Assembly (NCBI GenBank): GCA_964035545.1
Contig: OZ037765.1
Coordinates: forward strand, 33,789,504 to 33,853,503
Length of the DNA stretch: 64,000 nucleotides
Direction of reading: 5' to 3'
Source of the DNA: Bugula neritina
Lineage: Eukaryota; Animalia; Bryozoa
Shown here in pieces: positions 1 through 16,560 of the stretch. Every line of letters begins with the position of its first letter. Position 1 is the stretch's first letter. The notes beneath the pieces are model-generated. The model worked only from the letters and a program-made list of their open reading frames with translations, was not told where the DNA came from and did not search any database. A program made the position numbers and the translations under genes.

Positions 1-18
1 TGAATATGTCAAACTCAC

Positions 19-3000
19 GAATAGAATTTTTCCGGAATATCAGCCTCCAGAAGGTCCACAACGTCGAATGTTGAGAGGTCTATGTCGTCAAAAAATCTGT
101 AGAGCTCTTTGTAGTAGAAATCATAGAGCCCTGTGATTACAAATGCTTCGGCACTGCACTGTAAGAGGAAGAGCAATTAGGAGGTTTGAGAGGCTAAAGG
201 GAAGGATGAGCTTTAGGGGTGGGTGCTGCTATCTGCCTAGACGGCTGCAATATGCTGCCTAAACAACTATATTAGCAGAACTTGAAATAATTTGACAAAA
301 CATAAAATAATGATGCAAACAAAAGTAGTAAATACTAATGAAAATGGCAATACTAGAAATAACTTATTGATAATTATTATTGATTATTAGAAATATCAGC
401 AATTATAATTCTGAATGTTGAGCAAATTCCTACCAAGTACTGTCTTGCATTCATCAAGTAGGTGCAGTAATGGAGAAATTTAGAATAGCCTGTGTTTTAG
501 ATTAGAAGTGTAGCAAAAAAGAGATCTTTCTTTGAAAATTTTAACCTGTGCCTCAAACCAAAGGTTAAAAACAAAGTTAAAGAATTTAGGCTGTCTCATT
601 TTTTTCACTACTGCTCTTAGATGGCATTCATTGCTGTTATAAAGAAAACGTTTGTTTGGAGTTGTGCACCCAGCTAAGATAGTCTACCTTGGAGAAAACT
701 CTGTAGAAAGAAAATCCAACAGATTGCGACTTTTTCTCAAAATCAACGAACTCAATGGCATCGGCTGACGGGTCTTTTAGTAGACAGTTGAATGACTCAG
801 TGAATCCTTCAGAGTTGTCATTAAACCCTGCAGAATAGTTTACAGTAGTGTCTGTAGTTACTGTAGTGTCTGTAGTTACTGTAGTGTCCGTAGCTACTGT
901 AGTTACTGTAGTGTCTGTAGTGTCTGTATTACTGTAGTGTCTGTATTACTGTAGTGTCTGTAGCTACTGTAGTGTCTGTATTTACTGTAGTGTCCGTAGC
1001 TACTGTAGTTACTGTAGTGTCTGTAGTGCCTGTAGTTACTGTAGTGTCTGTAGCTACTGTAGTTACAGTAGTGTCTGTAGTTACTGTAGTGTCTGTAGCT
1101 ACTGTAGTTACTGTAGTGTCTGTAGCTACTGTAGTTACTGTAGTGTCTGTAGTTACTGTAGTGTCTGTAGCTACTGTAGTTACTGTAGCTACTGTAGTTA
1201 CTGTAGTGTCTGTAGCTACTGTAGTTACTGTAGTGTCCGTAGTTACTGTAGTTACCACAAGTCTCAATGTGCACTATCATATATATTTGCCTAAAGCATT
1301 TTACACTCTTCATAGATGTGAAAATTTAAAATTAGTTGGTTTCAACCAGAATAATATACTAATTATTTACTCTAGAATAACACAGATCACAAGAAAACAC
1401 AACTTATTCCACATTGTTATTCTACATAAAATATACTTCAAGAAACAAATGAAATACTCTTTTACACTGTAAGGTAGAATCCTTAGGCTGGTCGCCACTG
1501 CAGTATCTCTCCTTCAGAGGTTTTATCACCAAGTCTATCAGATACTCGGCGTCTGCAAGCCTCCTGCAGTTGGTTTTCAACTCCTTTTCGTAACAGGCGG
1601 CCAAGTCCGACAGCACCCTGTGCGATTACAAACAACATGGCTGTTGTGTGAGTCACAAAATCACTGCAGACGATCATTAGACTGACAAACTCAATGAGAT
1701 AAGCTGTTAGATAGGTAATGTATGCGTTACATGACTCAGAGCTGTGAACAGGACTAACTGTGACACTATGACACATATAACACTGATATACTTACATTAT
1801 GACACATATAACTCTGATATACTTACACTATGACACATATAACTCTGATATACTTACACTATGACACATATAACTCTGATATACTTACACTATGACATAT
1901 AACTCTGATATACTTACACTATGACACATATAACTCTGATATACTTACACTATGACACATATAACTCTGATATACTTACACTATGACACATATAACTCTG
2001 ATATACTTACACTATGACACATATAACTCTGATATACTTACCCACAATGGTCATCGAGTGCCTGAGTAAGGAAGTTATCAATATCGGACATGTCACCAAA
2101 CATTGGTCTAATCCAGTCTTCTCCCTTCCGCCATGACAAGTGTTGGTCGTAGAAAGACCGCAGCAAAAACACTGATGCAGGTTCCAGCTCAGCCAAAACC
2201 TACGCATTGAATCACATGTGATACATACATTACTTTACATGAGTATTTACTACAGACCACACTCTGTATGAATGAGTGTAAGTGTACGAATGAGTGTAAG
2301 TGTATGAATGAGTGTAAGTATATGAGTAGTGTAAGTATATGAATGAGTGTAAGTGTACGAATGAGTGTAAGTGTATGAATGAGTGTAAGTATACGAATGA
2401 GTGTAAGTATATGAATAAGTGTAAGTATATGAATAAGGGTAGGAGTATGAATATACTAAGACACTTACCTTCATCATGTCACTAAAGGTGTAGTCATACA
2501 GGAATTCCTCCGCGGTGTCATAGTTTAGTGATTCAGTTACTGAAATGTCACACGAAGTCTCACATACAGTAAATAGAGTGTATATATACAGTGAAATGAG
2601 CTTAGTATTAGTGATATGTACTAGTATTAGTAATATAAGATAGAATTAGTAATATAAAATAGAATTTATAGTAATATAAAATAGAATTAGTAATATAAAA
2701 TAGAATTAGTAATATAAAATAGTAAACCATTACCTAAATCCACGATGTAGCTTGAGTACTTAGTCAGGTTGAATCGGGTTCCAGCCTCCATCCCACAAGT
2801 GAAGGCATTATTTATCAGTACCTCAAGCTCACAGCCATGGCTTCCTAAATTCACATGTATAACTTTATATTGTATTGAATGAATATATAAAAATATATTC
2901 TATTACGACATACCCAGTAATAAATCACATTGTATTACTATATAAAAATATATTGTACTATTATATTGGAGGCAAACTCGTTTCAAGTTGCATAGAATAT

Positions 3001-3652
3001 CGGTACAAAAGCTGTTCCATGTGGGAAAGATAAGAAAGATGTTGTATTATAGCATTGTTAAGCTATACAAGCTTTCAATTGAATAGCTAATTTGCTTTAA
3101 ATACATCTTGATTTTATTCTCTCTGTAGCCTACTACTCAACCAATTAACAAGTTGGCACAGGTAATAATGGCACAAATGGAAAATCAGGTAAAAATGGCA
3201 CACTGATATTAAATTTTCCCAAACCTAAACTCCCAACCACCACTCCAAACCCTCATTATCAAAATGTGCCATTTTTACCCACCTTGCCATTTGTGCCATT
3301 ATTACTGGACACCCAATAAAACACAATATTCATAATCCTACACAATAGAAGCTTATTAGTAAAACACCCCCAGAGCTACCCAACACTTTCTGGCTAAGAA
3401 ACGACATTCACTGCAACATTGCATAGTGGCAAACTACAACACTCAGATGCCAGAAAATGGAAATAAATTTGTTACTCTTCAAAAAAAAGGGAAAAAACCT
3501 CAAGCAATTTTCTATCATCTTTACCAACAAATAATATGCAACTTATATCAACAAAATGGCGCACACAGTTCAAAATTCACACTGAAAGAAATTTTGGACA
3601 TCTTACCTGCTGCCAGGAGAAAAAGAAAAGATAAGATTTGAAGGTCTCTCAT
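19..3652 (-). CDS. Uncharacterised secreted Cys-containing protein, multi-exon, 3' end runs off the window
   Basis: Phase-compatible GT-AG exons 3607-3652, 2734-2844, 2469-2539, 2042-2199, 1466-1617, 688-827, 19-158 splice into one ORF: MRDLQILSFLFLLAAGSHGCELEVLINNAFTCG...DDHCGVLSDLAACYEKELKTNCRR...FNCLLKDP...CSAEAF. Hydrophobic signal peptide at the N-terminus; family not recognised. Confidence 0.8.
841..1255. repeat. Intronic minisatellite of 9-mer variants (CTGTAGTTA/CTGTAGTGT/CTGTAGCTA)
   Basis: Tandem array seen directly; explains low-complexity ORFs at 903-1472. Confidence 0.95.
1763..2041. repeat. 31-bp minisatellite containing a copy of the 5' splice site
   Basis: Unit ACACTATGACACATATAACTCTGATATACTT; its minus strand contains GTAAGT and the last unit is the real donor at 2041. 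Confidence 0.9.
2268..2460. repeat. 18-bp intronic minisatellite
   Basis: Unit approximately GAATGAGTGTAAGTGTAT. Confidence 0.9.
3160..3306. mobile_element. Small palindromic MITE-like element
   Basis: GTAATAATGGCACAAATGG...GTAAAAATGGCACA on the left pairs with TGTGCCATTTTTAC...CCATTTGTGCCATTATTAC on the right; related motif recurs near 44055 and 48908. Confidence 0.6.
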
Positions 3653-5067
3653 AGCAGCTACCGGGTGGCAGCAATACCTGGTGATCAGCGTTCACTAAGG
3701 CAGCACTTCTCAGCAATACAAGAGATATCAGGTGATAGAAGCTTACATATGCAGTGTTATTCCCACTAGAATGGGTCCTTATGCCATGTATCTATTGTTT
3801 TATACCTGCATAGGTCCAGTAGCTTCACTATCCTTTCAATAGCTTTGTGCATGGCAACTAGTCAATATAGACCTGGTGCATTGTTTACCTTAATCTGTTA
3901 GAGGGGTCTCAGACACCCCCCCATCCAATTCTCAGTCTGCATTTGTATCACAGGCTCAAACTATTTTCAAATTAGATCAAAAGCTAGATTTTTGAAAATA
4001 CTTCCATCTACTGATTGTTTGAGTAAGGTTGAGGGTTGAATAAAATATATTTAACATTTAAATTAAACTCAATAAAACAAATGTTATGGCTGATAAAGTT
4101 AATTTGCAAAAATAATTACTCCAACAAAACTGTTCATTATTATAAGCATCGCATATTCATAAGTTGCACAATAATCAGTTCAAGTGATGACTTGTGCATT
4201 AGGTAAAATCAAATGAGAAATTATGAAATCATTACTATTACATATTAATTTAATACAATGTTATATAATATAAATTATTACATAGTGAAGCATATTTAGC
4301 ATTATCATAACATTATAGTTTATGATAATAAACAATGTTTACTAACTAATCATTCACAAGAAAAGAATTGAACAAATTCAAAACTCACACTGTATGTTTA
4401 AAGTAGTTTTTTCATTGGAAACTCCTCACAGATAAAAAGCTGAAAAATGTGTTTAATATAAGAAGGAACATCAACTGATACATAAAATGGTGGAATAATT
4501 ATTATTCTGCTATGTTAACAAGAACCAAAATATATATTGAATATTCAAAAATTCATATTGTTTGTGATTTTCAGAATATAGATTTGGGTGAAAAGGAAGC
4601 AGAGCTAAGCTGTGTGAGTATCGAGTGGGGAAGTGATAAGAAATTCGAAACTCAAACAGATCCTTCGAAATGAAAGTTACACTCGAAGTCACATGCATGG
4701 CTCCATCACCTCCAACACGACAAGGAAATGAGAGACAAGGAAACTAAGTATAGAAAGTGTATGCATCACCAACCAGTAGACCTTTAGCAAACATTTTATT
4801 CAAAAACATGTTTTCTGTATTTTGAACTGCAATATATATAAATAATAGATTCAGAGATGAAAAGTTTTGCACTCAGTCCCTGAGCTAATGCAGGTCAAAC
4901 TGGTAACAGTGAGTTACAGGGGAATACTGCATGTTGTGCTCTGAAGTAGAGAGTAGTTGAATAGCAGACGTGCAACTTCAGGAAATTCAGCCATTTTATC
5001 CCATTTATTTTATATACATACATGAGCAACAAAACAGGCCCAGCCCCTTCTCGTGACTTATGTAATT

Positions 5068-5242
5068 GAGAGAAAGAGAGAGAGAGGGGGAGGGAGGAGG
5101 GGAGAGGGAGAGGGGGAGGGAGGAGGGGGAGGGAGGAGGGGGAGGGGGAGGGAGAGGGAGAGGGAGAGGGAGAGGGAGAGAGAGGGGGAGGGAGGAGGGG
5201 GAGGGGGAGGGGGAGGGAGAGGGAGAGAGAGAGAGAGAGGGG
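5068..5242. repeat. Polypurine (GA/GGA) low-complexity tract
   Basis: About 175 nt of G/A only; produces spurious Pro/Ser and Gly/Arg/Glu ORFs. Confidence 0.95.
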
Positions 5243-7203
5243 GTACTGTAATATGAAATTATAATATATTTTTTATAGAACTCAGACTGACTTGTAACAA
5301 ACAAGGACATTGTGAATAATTAAAATGAATTTTGAATACTACAATGCGAAGTGTTTCAAGTAGCTGGAGAAGATATTGATTCTAACTAAACAGCCAACAA
5401 CACACTGTACAGAGAGACTATTGATGTCTGCCATAACAGCAAACAGTAAATTGAGAACAGAGTGTTTGATGACAAATATATTATTTGCTTTCCTGAAGCA
5501 AATTTATTCTCCAGCAATGAGTTTAATACATTATGCATATATAAAAGAGCAGGGAGTGAAAAACTAGACCGTGGCATGAAGGGATAAAAAAGCTGTTTAC
5601 AGGTTGCTAAGCAACTATACACATAATACAAGAAGCTAGATTTCTAATAATAAGGTTGTAAAAATACTTGGTTATTTTGTAATGTAAAAACCATGTATAC
5701 TTCGATAGAATGGGTATACAAAGTTTACTAATATCACCATGAATAGTAGTATTCTAGGATGAAATAGTTGGGTACGCTTGCACTCAGACCAACACACACT
5801 TCTTACGAGTTAAATTGCTTGTATAAAACCAATCTGATTACAAATTGAAACTTTTGTTTTACATTTTATGAGTTGATGGAGGAGAATCACTCATGTCTGC
5901 TCTTAGTCTAATTCACGCAGGCAGTTCCAGGGTGGTAACAGAACGTACCAAACCAAACTATCTGAAAGAATGTGGGGAAGCTGTACACAAGTCAGTCTAA
6001 TAGTTTAAGTTCCCACTTGAAGAGTAACTGATTGAAAACACCCCACAGCCTAGCCTTAGCACAGACTGAAAGTTTCCAATTTATGCTTTGGCAAAAAGTT
6101 TATGACTGATTTGAGCCGCGGTTTGGGAGAAACTCAAAGTGAGGCAAGATTAAGTCAGAGAAAGTTTGATGGTGTGAGTGTATAGATCAGCAGTCTGCGA
6201 CCTTCAGGGGTCATAATGTTGTAATAATAGTTTTCATACACAATAATTTATACACAATATAATAATATAGACAATTATACGTCACTAATAAAACGAAATT
6301 AGCTGGAATGATGATTCGTATATTCATCACTCTGATTAAAGCATGTTGGGATAGTGCCAGGACCAGACAAACACTAAACTGAATGATGGAATGTAACCAT
6401 AACTCAACACAGTAACGCAAAAGTTGAGAGCCAGCAACTGAGACCCTTATATCACAGAGCTGTGAGCTCACAGGCTACACTCAATATGGCTGCTTATAGC
6501 TAGACATTAGAACTGTAGATGAAGGAAACTGACTCCCTCTAAAGCACGCATATGAGAGAAATCTTGTATGGAAAACCATAAGTATAGGGAAAAATAAATC
6601 TAAGCTACACGCTATTTAGTTCTATTTGTATTGAAACAATAACATTTATAATAAATTTATTGCAACTGCCAGCGAAAGGCTAGTAACTGATTTATCCAAT
6701 AAAAATTTACTCTATCGTTTGCTTTAACTATTCGAATAGATTTTCATTCAAGTGTGTCCTCAGCAGTAAGCATAACTACTGTGAAATATGAGAAATAATA
6801 CTGACTGACTCCAAGTCATGTCTCAAGTCCCTAAGCTTAAGTCACTGAATTCAAGTCCTCAAGTTCAGATATCAAAGTTAAAATTTTCAAAGTCTTCTAA
6901 GTTCAAGTAAAAGGCTATCTTGTAATAGAATACTGGTAACAAATTCTAAAACAATTCAACTCAAACAATCTGATAAAATCTGCGTTTAAAATAATAGTGT
7001 ACGTGCAATAGTGTATATAATTGTATATAATTGTATATTATGTATATTGTGTATATTAAGTATAATAGTATATGTATAACAGTATTATGTATAACAGTAT
7101 ATATAATAGTATATGTATAATTGCATCTATTTAATTTCACATGTCTATATAGCATGAACACATGAAATACAGTATAGAGTTACTTCCCCACGTGGTTTAC
7201 AAT

Positions 7204-10200
7204 TCACTGGCAGCTGAGAAAGCTTCTAACTTTAGCCGCATCTTTACAATCATCTTCCCCCAGTCTCTCAGGCTAAAATAACCAGAGAACTGCATTTATC
7301 AATTAGAATCTGAGGAGTTATCAACTCTCGAATATACAACACCACAGTAAAACAATATAACCATAGTTAAACATGGGAGTTGCCTGACCCTTGCATATTA
7401 GGCAGCTGCCATATGCCAGGCATACTAAATGTATTGTAAATATTATACTAATTATATCAATAGATAGATGCAAAGTAAATTCAGTGTAATTAGTTCCAAT
7501 AGAAGTTATCTTTCCCATGGATGAATATTCAGCATGAACCATATTGGTTTCAAATAGAGAAGACCTCAATAATGGTTAGTGACTACAGCAACATAGGCAG
7601 TGTAGTAATACTAATAGTACATGTGCTACAATAATACAGTAATATTAATAGTACATGTGCTACAGTAATACAGTAATACTAATAGTACATGTGCTACAGT
7701 AATACAGTACTACTAATAGTACATGTACTACAATAATACAGTAATACTAATAGTACATGTACTACAGTAATACAGTAATACTAATAGTACATGTACTACA
7801 ATAATACAGTAATACCAATAGTACATGTACTACAGTAATACAGTACTACTAATAGTACATGTACTACAATAATACAGTAATACTAATAGTACATGTACTA
7901 CAGTAATACTAATAGTACATGTACTACAATAATACAGTAATACCAATAGTACATGTACTACAGTAATACAGTAATACTAATAGTACATGTACTACAGTAA
8001 TACAGTAATGCTAATAGTACATGTGCTACAATAATACAGTACTACCAATAGTACATGTACTACAATAACATCGTAACACGTGTACGGCTCACCTTGCCCC
8101 ATCTCATCAAGGTCGGCAAACACGTCACATTGTGAGTATCTTTCAGTATGTTAACAGGGGATTCTTTCCAACTGCAAACAATGAGAAGTTGTCATACCTC
8201 CACATATAGAATATAGTATAGTATAGAGTATATGATAGTATATAGTATATGATAGTATATAGTATATGATAGTATAGAGTATATGGTAGTATATAGTATA
8301 TGATAGTATAGAGTATATGATAGTATAGAGTAGATGATAGTATAGAGTAGATGATAGTATAGAGTATATGATAGTATATAGTATATGATAGTATATAGTA
8401 TATGATAGTATAGAGTATATGATAGTATAGAGTATATGATAGTATAGAGTAGATGATAGTATAGAGTATATGATAGTACAGAGTATATGATAGTATAGAG
8501 TATATGATAGTATATAGTATATGATAGTATAGAGTATATGATAGTATAGAGTATATGATAGTATAGAGTAGATGGTAGTATAGAGTATATGATAGTATAG
8601 AGTATATGATAGTATAGAGTATATGATAGTATATAGTATATGATAGTATAGAGTATATGATAGTATAGAGTATATGATAGTATATAGTATATGATAGTAT
8701 ATAGTATATGATAGTATAGAGCATATGATAGTATATAGTATATGATAGTATAGAGTATATGATAGTATAGAGTATATGATAGTATAGAGTATATGATAAC
8801 ATACTAGGGTCTGTCCATCCGAACCAGAAGGAACTCCAAGTTAGAGCCGAGGGCATCCAGCTGAGCTTCTACTACCGGATCAGCTGCAAGAGAGTAACTC
8901 CGCAGTGAATATAGCAAGAGAGTAGCTTAGCAGTAAATATAACAAGAGAGTAGCTTAGCAGTAAATATAACAAGAGAGTAACTCCGCAGTGAATATAACA
9001 AGAGAGTAACTCAGCAGTGAATATAACAAGAGAGTAATAATATCCTTTAATAAGAAGTTCAATATAAACATTGATAATACTACTCATATTTATTTATTTT
9101 AAAAATATTGCCACTCACAGAAGATGAAATTGAAGGAAACCCTAATAGTATGCAATTTAGAATTATCAAAAATATACCTCAGCACGTTTTATAATAATCA
9201 TAATCAAACAATCATTATGATTATTTTCACAACAAAAGAAAAACAATAACATTAACATGAACTTATCATCAACATAAATAATATCGAATATTATTCCCAT
9301 TATATTAATAAAATCAAATAGTAAATATATGACTATAAAAATAAGCATACAAGTTGATAAGTATCCACTGTTCAGTCTATTTCTATTAGTATTAATATTA
9401 CTATTATTATAGCCTGAATCTGATTGGCATTAATTTTGAGACTGAGTAATGCTCATACTGATTGTCATACTCACAGTGATACTGATAGTCGTAATGACAA
9501 TTATAGAGTTAGACTCATACTCATTGTGATACTCATACTGATACTGATGGGCATATTCATGTATATCGGTACCAATATCTCCATGTCTAACACAATAAGA
9601 TATTGTCACAGCCATAATGATTGCGATGTTCATATTCATGTTGAATATTGATACTCGTACTCATACTGATACTCCAACTCATAGTGAAACTGAATATTTA
9701 ACTTTATATCAATACCAATATGAATATGAATCAGAATATCACTTTGAAGTTTGACTATGATTATAGAGGGTGTGACTAAAATGGGTGGCCACCCGGTGTC
9801 GCGGTCCGTGACACCCATTTTAGTCATAAGGGGGGGTTTTGACTAAAATGGGTGTCGCGAACAATTTTCGTTTTATTTTCATATTTTTAGACAGCTGTGA
9901 CTGTTAAGATTATTGTTAAATAAATCTTCAGTGAATAATGAACATTTCAAAATCGTTTAAACCAAAAACATGAATAAATTAAATTAATTTTAACAAAAAA
10001 CAAACTTATCAAGAGTTATCTTTCCTCATCAAAAATTTAATTTTCACTTAATTTTACTGTTATCATTATGATCATAGACATGCTAACTTATGAAACATAT
10101 ACTTTGAACTAGTAAAAATACTGAGAGCAATATTAACAAAAACAATGTTCACAAAATGTGAAAATAAAACTAAAAATATTCGCGACACCCATTTTAGTCC

Positions 10201-11683
10201 AGAATGACTAAAATGGGTGTCACAAGATTTTTTTATTTGCATTTAGCATTGAGGATAGATATAATTTTACACTTGACATCATTAAACTGCTTTTGCATTT
10301 TTGCACCAACTTAGCAAATTAAAAAGCTACGAAACTGCGTCATAGGATAAATAAGATTAAAATCATTGTGAAAACCTTTGGGGTCAAAAACTAGGGGGTG
10401 TCGCGAAGAATTCAATGCATGTATTTTAATTTAATTTCATAGTTATTTTTCAGTTTCTAGACATGCTGACTAATAAACCATATAATTTAAACTATTAAAA
10501 ACACTGTGAGCAATATTAACAAACAAAAATGTCTAAAAAATGTGAAAATAAAACTAAAAATCTTCTTGACACCCATTTTAGTAAAAACACCCACGAATGA
10601 CTAAAATGGGTGTCACTGTGTTTTTGCTTTAATTTTAGCTTTCTGGGCGGTTTTGGATACTATAAATTATGTCATGTTAAAACTTTTACTTGCTTTTACT
10701 AATCAAAATTATTAAAATTTTTAATACTTACAAATATTAGAAAAAAATTATAAAAACAAAACTAAGAACTAAGGGAAGATAACTCTAGGAGGTGTCACTG
10801 ATAGTTTCGGTTTTTATTATATTTTATTATTATTGTAAATTATTATTTAATACTACCGTCATTTAGAGTGAAACAGTTATTATATATTAGAGTTTTTTTA
10901 AAGTTTTGATCAACAACCAATTTAGCAACAAGAATTGCCAAAAAGCTAAAAAATAAAGCAAAAATCACTGTGACACCCATTTTAGTCATTCGTGGGTGTT
11001 TTTACTAAAATGGGTGTCGTGAAGATTTTTAGTTTTATTTTCACATTTTTTAGACATTTTTGTTTGTTAATATTGCTCACAGTGTTTTTAATAGTTTAAA
11101 TTATATGTTTCATAAGTTAACATGTCTATGATCATAACGATAACAGTAAAACTAGGTGAAAATTAAATTTTTGATGAAAAAAGATAACTCTTGATAAGTT
11201 CTATTTTCGTCATAATTATTTCAATTTTGTCATTATTTATTTATGTTTTTTAGTTTAAATGATTGTGAGATGTTCATTATTTACTGAAGAATAGTTTAAA
11301 AATGATTTCAATGGTTACAGCTGTCTAGAAATGTGAACATAAAACGGAAATTGTTCGCGACACCCATTTTAGTCATAAGGGGGGATTTTGACTAAAATGG
11401 GTGTCACGGCCCGCGACACCGGGTGGCCACCCATTTTAGTCACACCCGATTATAGAACATCTATTTCTAGCAATATAATTACAATAATCACGTTAAAGAT
11501 TAAACCTTTAAAATATGACTACCAAAATAGCTAAAACTGTTTACCTTCTTTGCAATCTCCACACCATGGGCTTCCATCATCTTTTCTTGTGGCAGAAAAA
11601 TATACGACAAGGTTATCAAGTTGAGCAATGTCAATAGCTTTTTGAAAATTTTCAATACCACATACTTCAGTTTGCTTCGACAT
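7204..11683 (-). CDS. TXNDC17: Thioredoxin domain-containing protein 17 (TRP14)
   Basis: Exons 11545-11683, 8805-8883, 8093-8171, 7204-7272 give MSKQTEVCGIENFQKAID...VYFSATRKDDGSPWCGDCKEADPVVEA...DRPYWKESP...VTCLPTLMRWGKPERLGEDDC...*, about 121 aa, matching TRP14 motifs (xWCxDCxxAxPVV, WK, PTL). Missed by the ORF track. Confidence 0.92.
7600..8068. repeat. About 34-bp minisatellite with internal palindrome TAGTACATGTACTA
   Basis: Tandem array in TXNDC17 intron 3. Confidence 0.9.
8213..8800. repeat. 16-17-bp minisatellite (AGTATAGAGTATATGAT)
   Basis: Fills most of TXNDC17 intron 2; source of the spurious YHILYT ORF. Confidence 0.95.
9768..11447. mobile_element. Non-autonomous foldback/Mutator-like DNA transposon with 9-bp TSD
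   Basis: Ends GGGTGTGACTAAAATGGGTGGCCACCCGG / CCGGGTGGCCACCCATTTTAGTCACACCC; exact TSD GATTATAGA at 9759-9767 and 11448-11456; long inverted arms with repeated GACACCCATTTTAGTC modules; no ORF. Confidence 0.88.
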
Positions 11684-11934
11684 TGTTATTATTATAAGAA
11701 TAGTTTTATAGACTGTACAAAAGGTATATTATAACAATTTAGATGAGATTCCTGTGCAAATTAATGAAAACTGAAAGCAAAAAAGTTTAAGGGAGGAAAG
11801 TCCGTGCACGGATATAACATTCAGCCTTGACCTTAACCGAAACATGCGAGAGTTTTTGTTCACCCAATTACAATTACTTATACACACCAAGATCTTTTGC
11901 AAAAATAGCTTTCATTGGTTCGAACTTGTGTTTT

Positions 11935-11960
11935 GTATACCATGGATACAGGTTGCTAGG
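11935..11960 (+). promoter_or_regulatory. Candidate RFX X-box in the shared TXNDC17/tektin promoter
   Basis: GTATACCATGGATAC (near-palindromic, X-box-like) plus half-site GTTGCTAGG, just upstream of a likely non-coding tektin exon ending AAG|GTAAG near 12086. Ciliary genes are typical RFX targets. Confidence 0.45.
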
Positions 11961-12741
11961 CTGTGAAAATATCATTTCTGTGAAAAGTAATAATATCGAA
12001 TTCATATCTCATAAACTGTCATTAAGGCATCAGAATTAGACGTTGTTAAATATTAAAATTAAGAAAATTTTGTTTTAAAACAAAAGGTAAGTTAAAACTA
12101 CTAATTGATTAATAAATTGCAGCTTATTATAAAACTATTGGTTTTACTATTAGTATAATTACTATGACTACTACTATTAGTATTAGTATTAGTATTACGA
12201 CTAAGGCTTCTAGTTAAAACTTAATCATAATGAATTGCAATCACTATCAGTATTATTTGAAGTTATAGTTATTACTTGTTGTGCTATTGGTAGTGCAATA
12301 ATAGTATGATTACTTGTATGACTATTATTTCCAGTTTTTTTGTAATTGTAAATCTATCAAAACTTATAACTTAGTAGTTTTAAAAGTTAAAATTATTATT
12401 TATAACACCTTAAAATTAGCCCAACTAAAAAATGTTAATTAATTTTTACCAACTTTCTTTGTTAATAACTATAAACAATTTCAATTGCAGTTTGAAAATT
12501 CAACAAAATAAAAAAATTAATAAAGCTTAAATTCTTATCAAAACATGAAATAAATACAAAAAAGTAAACAGTTTAAATTTATTACTATCAATTCCCTAGT
12601 AGAAGTATAACTACCTGTTACTATTACTGCACAAACTGTATATTAGGAAGTGCACAAATGTTACGTTTTTCTTTTTTAAAAATCATAATATAAACTTTAT
12701 GAATTATTAGTAAAATTGTATTAATAATACTTCTTTTGTAG

Positions 12742-16232
<3,491 letters not shown>

Positions 16233-16560
16233 GACTTTGAATATCGATAATATTTTTTCCTATCGATAAATTATATAAAAACACCACCAAATGCTATAGA
16301 ACTTAGGTAACACTACAGCTGCCAGTGTAAATAAAATCCGTTGTGGTGAGCTTGTATGGAAACTGTTAGAAGTAATTGATACATGAGATCAGCAAGACGG
16401 TATACTAGTATTCCAGTTTATTTATAAACTTTCCTAATATTTAACATCATTTTAAATAATTTATTTGAATTCTATTTCAATAAAATATTACGATTAGTTA
16501 AAAAGATATACATTATATCTACAAGCACAATAAATGAAGATAAAATCACAAAACAAATGT

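Noticed and set aside
903-1472. Thr/Val- and Tyr/Ser-rich ORFs resembling mucin or antifreeze proteins
   Set aside because: Translations of an intronic 9-mer satellite, open in several frames on both strands.
5005-5310. Pro/Ser-rich and Gly/Arg/Glu-rich ORFs
   Set aside because: Translations of a polypurine tract.
8143-8856. 237-aa hydrophobic YHILYT repeat ORF
   Set aside because: Satellite inside TXNDC17 intron 2; the real exons use other frames.
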